Shown here: positions 10,065 through 24,242 of the stretch, in pieces
How positions within the stretch are numbered: position 1 is the first letter of the stretch
Layout: the number at the start of each line of letters is the position of its first letter
Source of the DNA: an uncultured Gemmatimonadales bacterium
GTDB taxonomy: Bacteria; Gemmatimonadota; Gemmatimonadetes; Palauibacterales; Palauibacteraceae
NCBI GenBank assembly: GCA_963783385.1
Contig: CAWANJ010000009.1
Coordinates: 704,001-768,000, forward strand
Direction: 5' to 3'
Length of the DNA: 64,000 bases
Position numbers and translations under genes: made by a program
Notes under the pieces: generated by a model
The model's database searches: none
The model's input: the letters and a program-made list of their open reading frames with translations, nothing else
What the model was told of the DNA's origin: nothing

Positions 10065-10209
10065 GGCTCCCCTTTCCCGGTCGCGGGTCCCGGCCTCTGG
10101 TCGAAGACGAAGTCCGAGCGGCCTCCGTCACCCGTCCCACCAACGGCTTGGCTACCTCCATTGGGCAACGAAAGGTCCCCCTGAAGGCGTTCCTCGATTC
10201 CCGAAACGC

Positions 10210-10238
10210 GGAGAGCCCGGCACGAGGCCGGGCTCTCC
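10210..10238 (-). terminator. Hairpin downstream of groL
   Basis: Perfect 12-bp stem GGAGAGCCCGGC/GCCGGGCTCTCC, followed by GCGTTT on the minus strand. Confidence 0.55.
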
Positions 10239-10302
10239 ACATTCCAGCGACGGGCCAGCCACACGGGCATCGGGCCCGGCAGCCACCCCGGACGGGCGGG
10301 TT

Positions 10303-12417
<2,115 letters not shown>

Positions 12418-12435
12418 TCATCCTCTCGTCCCTTG

Positions 12436-12462
12436 CTAGCACTCCTTCTCGATGAGTGCTAA
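12436..12462 (-). promoter_or_regulatory. CIRCE element (HrcA operator)
   Basis: TTAGCACTC-N9-GAGTGCTAG on the minus strand, one mismatch to consensus, 50 nt upstream of groS. Confidence 0.95.
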
Positions 12463-12527
12463 AGAGACGGTCTGAAAAAACGGGAACCGGGCCCGGACGG
12501 GCTCTCGATCCCACACGGATTGGTTGG

Positions 12528-12544
12528 TGCACTATGCATGCCAG
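12528..12544 (-). promoter_or_regulatory. Putative sigma54 (-24/-12) promoter of groSL
   Basis: CTGGCATGCATAGTGCA: GG-N10-GC spacing, close to the TGGCACG-N4-TTGC consensus. Confidence 0.6.
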
Positions 12545-12784
12545 CCGAAACGCCCCGCAGCGGGCCCCATCCGGCCCCCCCGGGGCTGCCAGCCTGACGC
12601 TATCCTGTCACAATGACGCGCGCCGGCGGCCGCCGCGACCGATTCCGCCCTGAAACCGGGGGCGACCCGGGCTCGTAGGGAGGTGTGCGGGCCGGAGGAT
12701 CCGGCACGCCACTTGAGAGGATGGATCGAGCACTGGAACCCGTGGTGCCGCGACGCGGCGCCGGAGCGGGACGAGGAGGAATCG

Positions 12785-12985
12785 ATGATCCGTGCGCTGC
12801 TGATGCTGTTCGTGGTGGGAGTCGTGGGCATGGTGGCCGTGGGGCTGCTGCTCGGGATCCTCCTGCCCCTGGCCCTGGTGGCGATCAAGGTCGCCCTGGT
12901 GCTCCTGGTCGGGTACTTCATCCTGCGGCTGGTACGGCCGGACCTGGCGGAGAAGTACCGCTCGCGCCTGCAGAACGGGAGCTGA
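12785..12985 (+). CDS. Small membrane protein (66 aa)
   Basis: GAGGAGG SD then ATG; long hydrophobic stretch and a basic C-terminus. Confidence 0.75.
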   Translation: MIRALLMLFVVGVVGMVAVGLLLGILLPLALVAIKVALVLLVGYFILRLVRPDLAEKYRSRLQNGS

Positions 12986-12998
12986 TGCGGGCCGCGCC

Positions 12999-13811
12999 TC
13001 AGGGCGCCGCCAGCTCCCGGTCCGCCAGGGCCAGCCCGATCAGGGTGAGGTGGGGCTCGATCCGCTGCACGCTTCGGCAGTGGGGGGCGAGTAGCCCCAC
13101 CAGCCCGCCGGTCGCGACGACCAGGGGGTCCTCGGGCCCCCACTCCTCCAGGATGCGCCGTACCAGCCCGTCGATCCCGTCCACGATCGAGTAGAACACG
13201 CCCGAGCTCAGGCAGGCCTCCGTGCGGCGGCCGATGACGACGGGAGGAGCGGCGATCTCCACCTGGGGAAGCCTGGACGCCGCTTCCGTGAGCCACTCGA
13301 GGCCGGCGCGCGGACCCGGCGCGATGACCCCGCCAAGGAAGACCCCACCGGCCGTGATGCAGTCGAACGTCGTCGCCGTGCCCAGGTCCACGATCACCGT
13401 GTCACGACCATACAGACGCGCGGCCGCCAGCGTGTTCACGATCCGATCGGCGCCCACGCCCGCCGGGTCGTCCACGTCGAGACGAATGGGCAGGCTGGTG
13501 CGCGCGTCCACGGCGACCAGCGACAGGCCCAGAGACTCGCACGCCCGCTTCCAGACCCTGTCCATCACGGGCACCACGCAGGCCATGACCCCGCGGCACA
13601 GGGGCCCGTCGGAGGGCGACAGGGATCGATCCAGGAACCCCTGCAGGACGAAGGCATGCTCATCGGCCGTGCGGCGCCGGTCGGTGGCGAGCCGCCAGGC
13701 GTGCACCGGCCGGAGCTCGGCTCCAGCCTCGTTCGGCTCCGCGGCCGGGTCCAGCTCGTGGAACAGACCGAGCACGGTCTCGGTGTTCCCGACGTCGACG
13801 GTCAGGATCAC
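12999..13811 (-). CDS. coaX: Type III pantothenate kinase
   Basis: DVGNT, VGADRIVN, VDLGTATTFD and VATGG motifs; GTGA overlap with the birA stop. Confidence 0.95.
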   Translation of the reverse strand: MILTVDVGNTETVLGLFHELDPAAEPNEAGAELRPVHAWRLATDRRRTADEHAFVLQGFLDRSLSPSDGPLCRGVMACVVPVMDRVWKRACESLGLSLVAVDARTSLPIRLDVDDPAGVGADRIVNTLAAARLYGRDTVIVDLGTATTFDCITAGGVFLGGVIAPGPRAGLEWLTEAASRLPQVEIAAPPVVIGRRTEACLSSGVFYSIVDGIDGLVRRILEEWGPEDPLVVATGGLVGLLAPHCRSVQRIEPHLTLIGLALADRELAAP

Positions 13812-14614
13812 GACTCGGCCTCCACGCTCACCCGCGTCAGGCGCCGCAGGGCGCCTCGGTCGGGACGGAACAGGATCGCGCCGTCCGGCGCGATCCCCAC
13901 GCACGTCCCGGCGAGCCTCTCGCCGCCGTCCAGGGGCGTGACTCCGACGCGGCGGTCGCGGAGCCAGTCGAAGCGATCCGCCAGCGACAGCAGGGTGGCA
14001 TCGAGCCGCTCCGGGGCCCGCGGCACGAACGCCTCCAGTCCCGCGATCACCACGTCGGCGGTCTCCTCGAGCGGCACGTCCCTGTCGAGGACCGTCTCGA
14101 GCGACGTGGCGCGGTTCCGGAGGCCACGCGGGGCTCCACCCTTGAGCGGCGCCACGTTGACCCCCGTGCCGATCACCAGGAAACGGATCCCCTCATCGCC
14201 CCACACGGCCTCGCTGAGGATGCCGCCGACCTTGCGATCGTCGGCCATGAGGTCGTTGGGCCACTTGAGCGCGGGCCTCAGACCCTCGAATCGGCGCTCC
14301 AGCTCCCGTACGATCCCCAGTCCGGCCAGCAGCGGCAGGAGCTCGGGATTCTCCACGCGGCCCGGACGGAACACCATGCTGAGGTAGAGCCCGCCGGCCG
14401 GCGAGTGCCACGAGCGCCCCGCCCGGCCCCGTCCTCCCTTCTGCTCCCGCGCCAGGACGATCGTGCCCGCGGGCGCGCCTCCGTCGGCGAGCTCCCGGGC
14501 CAGGTCGTTGGTCGAGTCCACCGCACCATACAGGTGGACGTCCTCGCGGTCCCAGCGTTTCCGGAGCTCCGCGGCCGACAGACCGGCCCACGTCTTCGCC
14601 TTCCTTGTCGTCAT
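13808..14614 (-). CDS. birA: Biotin--[acetyl-CoA-carboxylase] ligase (no HTH domain)
   Basis: DSTN, GRGRAGRSW, LKWPND and KVGGIL motifs; ATGA overlap with nadC. Confidence 0.93.
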   Translation of the reverse strand: MTTRKAKTWAGLSAAELRKRWDREDVHLYGAVDSTNDLARELADGGAPAGTIVLAREQKGGRGRAGRSWHSPAGGLYLSMVFRPGRVENPELLPLLAGLGIVRELERRFEGLRPALKWPNDLMADDRKVGGILSEAVWGDEGIRFLVIGTGVNVAPLKGGAPRGLRNRATSLETVLDRDVPLEETADVVIAGLEAFVPRAPERLDATLLSLADRFDWLRDRRVGVTPLDGGERLAGTCVGIAPDGAILFRPDRGALRRLTRVSVEAES

Positions 14615-15477
14615 CCGGCCTCCACCAGCAGAGACAGATCGAGGGCGGGCGCGGAGTGGGTGAGAGCCCCGACCGAGACCAGGTCCACGCCGGTCTCCGC
14701 CACCGCCCGCACCGTGGCGAGGTCGACCCCTCCGGATGCCTCGAGGAGGGGCCGTGGGGCGGGGCGCCGCCGGACCCGCTCCACCGCGCTCCGCAGCCAT
14801 GAGGGGTCCATGTTGTCCAGCAGGATCCGGTCCGGCGCTCCCGGGAGGACCTCCTCGAGCTCTTCGAGCGAGGTGACCTCGATCTCCACCTGGAGGCCTT
14901 CGCGTCCGGCCGGAGCGCGAACGCGTTCCAGGGCCTCCCCGATTCCGCCGGCCGCCCGGATGTGGTTCTCCTTGATGAGCACCATGTCGTACAGGCCCAG
15001 GCGGTGGTTCACGGCCCCACCCGCCGCCGTGGCGGCCTTCTCCAGGATCCTCCAGCCCGGGGTGGTCTTGCGGGTGTCCGTCACCCTGCATCCGGTACCG
15101 CGGACCGCCTCCACGAACCGGGCGGTCAGCGTGGCGATCCCTGACAGGCGGGCGAGGAAGTTGAGGGCCGTACGCTCGGCCGTGAGCACGCCCCCGAGTG
15201 GACCGCTCACGGTCATCACCGACTCGTTCGCGCCGACCGCCTGCCCATCCTCACGCTCCCAGCGCAGCTCCAGGGCCGGCTCCACCGCGAGGAAGGCCGC
15301 CCCGGCGACCCGCGTGCCCGCCACGACGCCGGGCTCCCGGGCCACGATGCGGGCCCGACCCCGAAGATGTTCCGGGACCGTCCATGCCGTGGTGCGATCC
15401 CCGTCGCCGATGTCCTCCGCGAGCGCGGCGGCCACCAGGTCGTCGGGGCCGAGCGGCCCGCGCGGCGCGTCCGTCAC
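14611..15477 (-). CDS. nadC: Quinolinate phosphoribosyltransferase
   Basis: ALAEDIG, ERTALNFL, DTRKTTPG, HRLGLYD, LLDNM and EASGG motifs. Confidence 0.96.
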   Translation of the reverse strand: MTDAPRGPLGPDDLVAAALAEDIGDGDRTTAWTVPEHLRGRARIVAREPGVVAGTRVAGAAFLAVEPALELRWEREDGQAVGANESVMTVSGPLGGVLTAERTALNFLARLSGIATLTARFVEAVRGTGCRVTDTRKTTPGWRILEKAATAAGGAVNHRLGLYDMVLIKENHIRAAGGIGEALERVRAPAGREGLQVEIEVTSLEELEEVLPGAPDRILLDNMDPSWLRSAVERVRRRPAPRPLLEASGGVDLATVRAVAETGVDLVSVGALTHSAPALDLSLLVEAG

Positions 15478-16709
15478 CCCGCCTCTCCGCGCCCGGGCTC
15501 CGCCCCGGTTTCCGCCGCGGGCTCCCGCGTCCCGTTCCCGCCCGGCTCGCCGGGGTAGGTCCCCCGGGTCCGGCCCCCGCCGCCGGCCATGACCTCCGCG
15601 TAGAAGGCTTCGTACAGGGGCACGATGCGGTCCGCCGCGAAACGGCCCGCCGCCCGCTCCCGCGCGGCGTTCGAGGTCCGGATCCACAGGTCGCCGTCCT
15701 CGAGAACGCGGATCCCGCTCGCGGCCATGGCATCCACGGCACCCACCGGATGGAGCCATCCCGTGACGCCATCCTCGAGCACCTCGTCGAGGCCGCTCCC
15801 GGCCGAGCCCACGACGGGGACGCCGCTCGCCTGCGCCTCCAGCGCCACGAGCCCGAACGACTCCTCCTCGCTGGGCAGGAGGAAGAGATCGGCGCAGGAG
15901 AGGAGCTCGGCCACCGACTCCAGCTTGCCCAGGAACATCGTCCGGTCGGTCACGCCCTCGTGCTCGGCCACCTGGACGGCGGTGGCGCGTTCCGGACCGT
16001 CTCCGATGAGCACGAGACGGGACGGAACCCTGGCCTGGATGCGCGCGAACACCCGGACCACGTCGTCCACCCGTTTCACCTTGCGGAAGTTGGAGATGTG
16101 CATCACCAGCCGCTCTCCGGCACGCACCAGGTCACCCCGGTGACAGGGGGTGTTCTCACGATCGTAACGGGACGGGTCGATGAAGTTCGGGACGACCTGG
16201 ATGCGGCGGCCGTCGCAGCCGAAGGCGTCCAGCGTGCGCCGCTTGAGGTGCTCGGACACGGCCGTCAGGCCGTCGGAGCGCTCGATCGAGAACCGGGTGA
16301 TCGGCTCGAACGAAGGGTCCTGGCCCACGAGCGTGATGTCGGTTCCGTGAAGCGTCGTGATGATCTTCACGTCCCGCCCGTCCGCCCGGAGCATCTCGCG
16401 CGCGACCCAGGCGCTGGTGGCGTGCGGTACGGCGTAGTGGACGTGCAGGAGATCGAGGGCATGGTCGAGCGTGACCCGGTGCAGGGCCACGGCCAGCGCC
16501 AGGGAGTACGGAGGGTACTCGAACAGCGGGTAGGGCATCATCTCCACCTCGTGGAAGAAGACGCCCGGGCGAAAGCTGGTCAGCCGGAAGGGCTGCGCAT
16601 AGGAGACGAAGTGCACCTCGTGCCCCCGACGCGCGAGCTCGAGACCGAGCTCGGTAGCCACCGCCCCCGATCCCCCGTACGTCGGATAACAGGTGATACC
16701 GACCTTCAT
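15474..16709 (-). CDS. bshA: N-acetyl-alpha-D-glucosaminyl L-malate synthase (GT4)
   Basis: MKVGITCYPTYGGSG, HVHYAVPH, TTLHGTDITLVG and ESFGLVALEA; GGAGG SD. Confidence 0.95.
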   Translation of the reverse strand: MKVGITCYPTYGGSGAVATELGLELARRGHEVHFVSYAQPFRLTSFRPGVFFHEVEMMPYPLFEYPPYSLALAVALHRVTLDHALDLLHVHYAVPHATSAWVAREMLRADGRDVKIITTLHGTDITLVGQDPSFEPITRFSIERSDGLTAVSEHLKRRTLDAFGCDGRRIQVVPNFIDPSRYDRENTPCHRGDLVRAGERLVMHISNFRKVKRVDDVVRVFARIQARVPSRLVLIGDGPERATAVQVAEHEGVTDRTMFLGKLESVAELLSCADLFLLPSEEESFGLVALEAQASGVPVVGSAGSGLDEVLEDGVTGWLHPVGAVDAMAASGIRVLEDGDLWIRTSNAARERAAGRFAADRIVPLYEAFYAEVMAGGGGRTRGTYPGEPGGNGTREPAAETGAEPGRGEAG

Positions 16710-17018
16710 CCGTCCTCCCACCGACCCTTCGATCCCGCTCGTGCCGCGCCCCGAGGCGGGCGCCGCAACCTCGCATGGCGTGCAACTTCGCCCGCCGGCC
16801 CCCGGTCGTCCAGCCGTCGGCGCGCCGCGGCCTCGCGTCCCGAGCCGGTGCTCGCCCGGTGGGCCCGGCCGGCGTCCCGTCGCGGCGCGGCTTGCCCTCC
16901 GCGACGCGAATCGCCATCGTTTTTCACGAAATTCGCGGCCTCGTCGGCTCCTGGATGGGAGGCCGCTTCCAGCCGGCGGCCTCCCCGGGCGGCCGGCCCA
17001 TACGCCGGAGCGAGCGTC

Positions 17019-17561
17019 ATGTCCCGATACCGCGTCCCAACCGCCCTTCCCACCCTCCTCCTGCTCGGGCTCCTCCTCGCTCCGACCACGCCCTCCCTCG
17101 CCCAGGTGCCGGGGGGCCGGCCGGGAGAGCAGCTGTCGCGCTTCAGGGCGGGCCTGGCACGGGTGCGGGCCGAGGCGATGGTCACCATCTCGCGCCAACT
17201 GGCCCGGTGGCAGGACGACTGGACCAACGACGACGCCGGCGCCCTGGCCGGGCAGTACGCGGACAGCGCCCACATCCAGCTCGTTCCGGGCGGTCCGATG
17301 ATCGAGGGAAGGAAGGCGATCGAGGCGACGTACCAGGACATGCTCGCGCAGGTGGGCTCGATGAGCCTGCAGATCCGGGACTTCGACGCGGGAGAGAACC
17401 TGGCTTTCGTGCTCGGCGACTATCGCTACGACGATGCCGGCGGACGCACCGAGCGCGGCACCTTCGTGATGTCTCTGCGTCGGCTGAGCCACGACCGGTG
17501 GCGCATCCACTCGCAGATGTTCGCGCCGGCCACCCGCGACACGGCCGCCGACGGAGGCTAG
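17019..17561 (+). CDS. Exported NTF2/SnoaL-like (DUF4440) protein
   Basis: Signal peptide (SLA/Q); DAGALAGQY...IEGRKAI...WRI pattern. Confidence 0.75.
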   Translation: MSRYRVPTALPTLLLLGLLLAPTTPSLAQVPGGRPGEQLSRFRAGLARVRAEAMVTISRQLARWQDDWTNDDAGALAGQYADSAHIQLVPGGPMIEGRKAIEATYQDMLAQVGSMSLQIRDFDAGENLAFVLGDYRYDDAGGRTERGTFVMSLRRLSHDRWRIHSQMFAPATRDTAADGG

Positions 17562-18540
17562 GACCCGCCGCGCGCGTCCGCCGCCGCACGCCAGTCCGCC
17601 GCCACCCGGGCCACCAGCTCTCCGGTCGGCCGCCCGGCATCCAGCCGCACGGCGCCCCCGGGGAGCTGGTGCCGGAACCAGGTCCGCTGCCGCCGCGCGT
17701 ACTGCCACGTCAGCGTCGTCACGGCCTCGATCACCTCCGCGGCGTCGCACTCCCCGCGCACCAGCCGCGCGACCTCCGGGTAGCCGAGCGCGCTGAGGGC
17801 CGGGTCCCCCTCCCTGGCTCCGGCGTCCAGGAGCCGTCGGACCTCCGCGGGCCAGCCGCCCTCGACCAGCCGCCGCGTGCGCGCCCGGATCCTCTCCCGG
17901 AGCATCGCCGGAGGAAGCTCGAGCGCGAACACCAGGAGGGGCAGCGGAGGGGCCTCCGGGTCGCCGTGCGCCTGCCACCAGGTGACCGGTCGACCGGCGA
18001 GGAGGGCCAGCTCGAGGGTGCGGGCGCAGCGCTGCGGGTCGAGGGCGTCCAGCGTGCGGGACAGATCCGGGTCGAGCCGGGCGGTCCAGCGCTGCAGCTC
18101 ACCCGGGGAGCGGGCTTCCAGCCACCCGCGCAGGGACTCGCGCCGACCGGCGTCCATGGGCGGCTCGCGGAACACCGGGTCGGTGAGCGCGGCCAGGAAG
18201 AAGCCGGTCCCGCCCGCCAGGATCGGCACGCGTCCCCGAGCCCGGATCCCCTCGATCCACCCGCGCGCCAGCCGCGAGAAGCGGCCGGCGGAGTAGCGCT
18301 CGCCCGGATCCAGGAAGGCGACCCCGTGATGGGGCACCGCCTCCCGCTGCGCCGGAATGGGCGCCGCCGTCCCCACCTCGAGGCCGCGGTACGCCTGGCG
18401 GCTGTCCACGGAGACCACCTCGCCACCGAGCGCCTCCGCCACGGCCACCGCGAGCTCGCTCTTGCCGGTCGCCGTGGGGCCGACGAGGGCGAGCCCGACC
18501 GGTAAGGCGCCGCCGGTGCGCGCGCGGCTCGGCACGTCCC

Positions 18541-18544
<4 letters not shown>
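17558..18544 (-). CDS. miaA: tRNA dimethylallyltransferase
   Basis: GPTATGKS, DSRQAY, GGTGFF, ALGYPE and YARRQRTWF; overlaps the mutL stop. Confidence 0.96.
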
Positions 18545-20358
<1,814 letters not shown>

Positions 20359-20518
20359 GCGGAAAGGGACCTTCGCTGTTCGGGTCGGGGGATGGATCCT
20401 GCCGGGTCAGGGGCGGACCCGTCGCACCCGCGCCGACCGGCGGCGCCGAAGCTACTTCCGGAGCCCGTTCGCCTCAACCGGACGTACCCCTCACCGGCCG
20501 CCTCCGCCGATCGGCGCC

Positions 20519-21781
20519 TCAGGCCAGGAAGTACCGGAGCACCTCGAACAGGCCCACCGCCAGGGCTCCAGCGACCGGGAGCGTCACGATCCACGAGTTC
20601 ACGATCCGTACGACCATCCGCAGGTTGATCGCCGCCAGCCCCCGGGCCAGCCCCACCCCGATCACCGCTCCCACGAGCGTGTGCGTCGTCGAGACTGGAA
20701 GGCCCATGCGCGAGGCGACGAGCACGGTGGTGGCGGCTCCGAACTCGGCGCTGAAGCCGCGGGTGGGCGTGAGCTCGGTAATCGCACCGCCCACCGTGGC
20801 GATGACCTTGTAGCCCCAGGTGGCCAGGCCCACCACGATCCCGATCCCGCCCACGACCAGAATCCACTCGGGCACCGGGACGTTCGGGGGCAACGACCCG
20901 AGGGAGTGGATCTGTACGACGGCGGCCGCCGGGCCCACGGCGTTGGCCACGTCGTTGGCCCCGTGCGCGAACGCTACGTAGCAGGCCGTGATGACCTGGA
21001 GCCGGCCGAACACCCGCTCCACGTAGGCGAAGGGCCGTTCCGGCTCCTGCCATCCCCGCTCGATGAGGGCTTTCGCCATCAGGAAGGCGAGGCCCGCCAG
21101 GACCGCCGCCACACCCACGACCGACCACCACGGGGGCGAGGTGATGATGTGGCCCAGGACCTTGTAGATGAAGCTCAGGACCAGCAGGAACACCACCGCA
21201 CCGACCAGGTGCGGGCCCAGCCTGCGGGTCGCGCCCACGGGATCCTCCTGCCTGAGGATCCCGTAGGAGACGAACATGAACATCCCCGCCGCGACCATGG
21301 CGCCCAGCACCGGGGAGAGGACCCAGCTGGCCGAGACCTTGGCGACCACGCCCCAGCGCACCGAGTGACTCCCCACCGAGACCAGCGCGAACCCGACCAG
21401 GGCGCCCACGATCGAGTGGGTCGTCGACACCGGGAGCCCCAGGCTCGTGGCCAGCTGCAACCACAGGCCCGCCGCCAGGAGTGCGGAGACCATACCGAGC
21501 AGGAGGATGCGCGGTCCCTCGGAGCCAAGGATGGGGCTGTCGGTGGCGAACGCCGACGTGTCCAGGATGCCGGTGCGGATGGTCTCGGTCACGTGGGTCC
21601 CGACCAGCGAGGCACCGGCGAACTCGAAGATCCCGGCCAGCACCACGGCCGCGGTCAGGCTCAACGCCCCCGAGCCCACCGAGGTCCCCATGGCGTTGGC
21701 CACGTCGTTGGCCCCGATATTCCACGCCATGTAGGCGGCCGAGACCAGCCCGATCACCAGGGCCAGGGTCGAAGTGCTCAC
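20519..21781 (-). CDS. Inorganic phosphate transporter, PiT family
   Basis: Two GANDVAN signatures and two PVSTTH motifs. Confidence 0.96.
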   Translation of the reverse strand: MSTSTLALVIGLVSAAYMAWNIGANDVANAMGTSVGSGALSLTAAVVLAGIFEFAGASLVGTHVTETIRTGILDTSAFATDSPILGSEGPRILLLGMVSALLAAGLWLQLATSLGLPVSTTHSIVGALVGFALVSVGSHSVRWGVVAKVSASWVLSPVLGAMVAAGMFMFVSYGILRQEDPVGATRRLGPHLVGAVVFLLVLSFIYKVLGHIITSPPWWSVVGVAAVLAGLAFLMAKALIERGWQEPERPFAYVERVFGRLQVITACYVAFAHGANDVANAVGPAAAVVQIHSLGSLPPNVPVPEWILVVGGIGIVVGLATWGYKVIATVGGAITELTPTRGFSAEFGAATTVLVASRMGLPVSTTHTLVGAVIGVGLARGLAAINLRMVVRIVNSWIVTLPVAGALAVGLFEVLRYFLA

Positions 21782-21788
21782 GCGCCCC

Positions 21789-22463
21789 TCACCGGCGGTG
21801 GACCATCATGCGGAGGAGGTCCCCCGTGTTCTCCGCGTGGTTGGCGATCCGGCCCAGGACGTTCAGCGTCCGCATCCACAGGAAGACGGACACGGGGTCC
21901 AGACCGTCTGCCTCGTCCAGGAGCGCCCGCGTCACCGTCCGCTGCCGCTTGTCGGCCTCCCACTCCTGCTGGTTCACCTCGGCCACCATCTCCAGCACCC
22001 GGTCCACCTCGGGCCCGCCGAAGGACGCCTCGAACAGGTCCACCAGCTCCGAGCCGGCCTGGACGAGGAGCTCGCTCGTCCTGATGACCTGGTCGGCGAA
22101 GTCCCGGATCATGGGCTTGAGGGTCTCGGGCGTCGGCCGAGGCCGGAAGGTGAGCATGACCGCCAGGTCCTCGGTGGCGTCCGCGATGGCGTCCTGCTCC
22201 TTCAGGTAGGAGAGCAGGTCTCCGCGGTCCACGGGGAGGAAGAGGAACTTGGGCAGGTGGTCGCGGATCTCGTTCTTCTGGATGTCCGCCTTGTGCTCCC
22301 GACGGGAGATCTCCTCGTACAGATCCTCGCAGCGGGCCCAGTCCTCGTCGAGGTAAGCGTCCAGCACCGGACGTACGAGCTCGACGGTCTCGTGGACCCG
22401 TTTGGTGTGCTCGACCAGGGGACCGAACGGCGAAGTTCCGAACAGCTGGTGGATCGTGCGCAT
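21789..22463 (-). CDS. DUF47/TIGR00153 PiT-associated regulator
   Basis: EHKAD, LPVDRGD, QDAIAD and EWEAD; adjacent to the PiT gene. Confidence 0.9.
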   Translation of the reverse strand: MRTIHQLFGTSPFGPLVEHTKRVHETVELVRPVLDAYLDEDWARCEDLYEEISRREHKADIQKNEIRDHLPKFLFLPVDRGDLLSYLKEQDAIADATEDLAVMLTFRPRPTPETLKPMIRDFADQVIRTSELLVQAGSELVDLFEASFGGPEVDRVLEMVAEVNQQEWEADKRQRTVTRALLDEADGLDPVSVFLWMRTLNVLGRIANHAENTGDLLRMMVHRR

Positions 22464-22510
22464 GACGTCACCTCCTCTCGGCGGTCCGGAGGCCCGACGC
22501 GGCTACCGAC

Positions 22511-23296
22511 TCAGCCCGACAGCTCCCGAAGTCCGTAGAACGTTCGCGCGGCGGCGCGCGTGGAGGCCGCCACCTGGTCGGCTCCCTCCCCTCGCAGCCG
22601 GGCCACGGCGCGGCAGGTGTGCACCAGAAAGGCCGGCTCGTTCCGGTGGCCCCGCTCCGGCACGGGGGCCAGGTAGGGGCTATCGGTCTCGATGAGGAGC
22701 CGGTCGCCCGGCACCCGGGCCACCCGCTCCGCCCCCTCGAAGCTCCGGAAAGTGACGATGCCGGAGAAGGAAACGTACCAGCCCGCCTCGAGGGCCGCGT
22801 CCAGGAGGGCGTCGCCCCCCGTAAAGCAGTGGAGGACGCCGGCCAGGTCACGGCCCAGGTCCCGGAGCAGCGCAGCCGTGTCCTCGTCCGCCTCCCGGCT
22901 GTGCACCACCACCGGGAGGCCGCACCGGCCGGCCAGCTCCACCTGGGCGCGGAAGGCGGTCCGCTGCGCATCGCGGGACGCGTGGTCGTAGTGGTAGTCG
23001 AGGCCGGTCTCGCCGATGGCGACCACCTCGGGCCGGCCGGCCAGCCGGTCCAGGTCGGCGAGGACGTCGTCGCCGAACCGGTCGGCCTCGTGGGGGTGCA
23101 GCCCGACGGTGGCCCGGATCCCCGAATGAGACTCCGCGATCCCGCAGGCCTCGGCCGCGTCCTCGGGCGTGGTCCCGACCGTGACCATCTCCTCGACGCC
23201 GGCGGACCGCGCCGAAGCGAGGACGGCCTCCAGCTCGGCGAGGAGTCGCTCGTCCGTGAGGTGGAGGTGCGAGTCGAAGAGGCGCGCCGGCGTCAC
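22511..23296 (-). CDS. tatD: TatD family nuclease
   Basis: DSHLH, GLHPH, IGETGLDY, HCF and IETDSPYL. Confidence 0.95.
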   Translation of the reverse strand: MTPARLFDSHLHLTDERLLAELEAVLASARSAGVEEMVTVGTTPEDAAEACGIAESHSGIRATVGLHPHEADRFGDDVLADLDRLAGRPEVVAIGETGLDYHYDHASRDAQRTAFRAQVELAGRCGLPVVVHSREADEDTAALLRDLGRDLAGVLHCFTGGDALLDAALEAGWYVSFSGIVTFRSFEGAERVARVPGDRLLIETDSPYLAPVPERGHRNEPAFLVHTCRAVARLRGEGADQVAASTRAAARTFYGLRELSG

Positions 23297-23300
23297 CCTG

Positions 23301-24209
23301 CTACGCGCTCGCCTCCCGGCGGCGGTACCAGTTCTCGATCTCGAGGAGCACCGGGGAGGCCACGAAGATTGAGGAGAAGGTCCCGATGCCGATCCCGAGG
23401 ATGAGGACGAGCGCGAAGGGCCGGATCACGTCGCCCCCGAAGATGAACAGCGCGATCAGGGTGGCCAGCGTGGTGCCGCTGGTGAGGATCGTGCGCGGCA
23501 GCGTCTCGTTGATGCTCCGGTTCAGCGTCTGGACGTAATCTTCCTTGCGCTTCCCCTTGAAATTCTCGCGCATGCGGTCGAACACGATGATCGTGTCGTT
23601 CAGCGAGTAGCCCACGATGGTGAGCACGGCCGCCACCGTGGCCAGCGTGATGTCCACGTTGAAGGCCGAGATGAAGCCGAAGGTGATGATGATGTCGTGG
23701 GCGGTCGCGACGACCGCCGCCACGCCGAAGCGCCACTCGAACCGGAACGCCAGGTAGATCAGGGTCAGCCCGAAGGCGATGAGGATCGCCTCGAGCGCCT
23801 TGCGCTGCAGCTCGTTGCCCACCTTGGGCCCCACCGCCTCGGTACGGACCACCTGGTAGTCCTTCCCGAACGTGCCCGTCAAAGCGTTGCGCAGGTCCTC
23901 GCCCACATCCTTCTGCGAGGTCGCCTGGAAGCTGGGCAGGCGGATGACGTACTCGTTGCTGGTCCCGAACTGCTGGATCTGGGCCTCGCCACCGCCCAGC
24001 CCGGAGATGGCGCCACGCACGGCCCCCACGCTGGTGGCCGAGTCGAAGCGGACCTGCATGAGCGTGCCGCCCGTGAAGTCCACCCCGTAGTGGAGCCCGT
24101 GGTGGACGAACAGGAAGAAGCCTCCCATCAGGATCAGGGCGGCGGAGAAGATGTACGCCCGCCGCCGGATTCCGAGGAAGTCGTAGTGCGCGTTCTTGAA
24201 CAGTCTCAT
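23301..24209 (-). CDS. secF: Protein translocase subunit SecF
   Basis: GVDFTGG, VGPKVG and GYSLNDTIIVFDR. Confidence 0.97.
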   Translation of the reverse strand: MRLFKNAHYDFLGIRRRAYIFSAALILMGGFFLFVHHGLHYGVDFTGGTLMQVRFDSATSVGAVRGAISGLGGGEAQIQQFGTSNEYVIRLPSFQATSQKDVGEDLRNALTGTFGKDYQVVRTEAVGPKVGNELQRKALEAILIAFGLTLIYLAFRFEWRFGVAAVVATAHDIIITFGFISAFNVDITLATVAAVLTIVGYSLNDTIIVFDRMRENFKGKRKEDYVQTLNRSINETLPRTILTSGTTLATLIALFIFGGDVIRPFALVLILGIGIGTFSSIFVASPVLLEIENWYRRREASA

Positions 24210-24242
24210 GGCGTCCCGGCTGTGACCTGTCCTGTGTTCCGC

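Noticed and set aside
10065-10205. Possible riboswitch upstream of the metallopeptidase lipoprotein
   Set aside because: No match to any aptamer consensus I can recognise.
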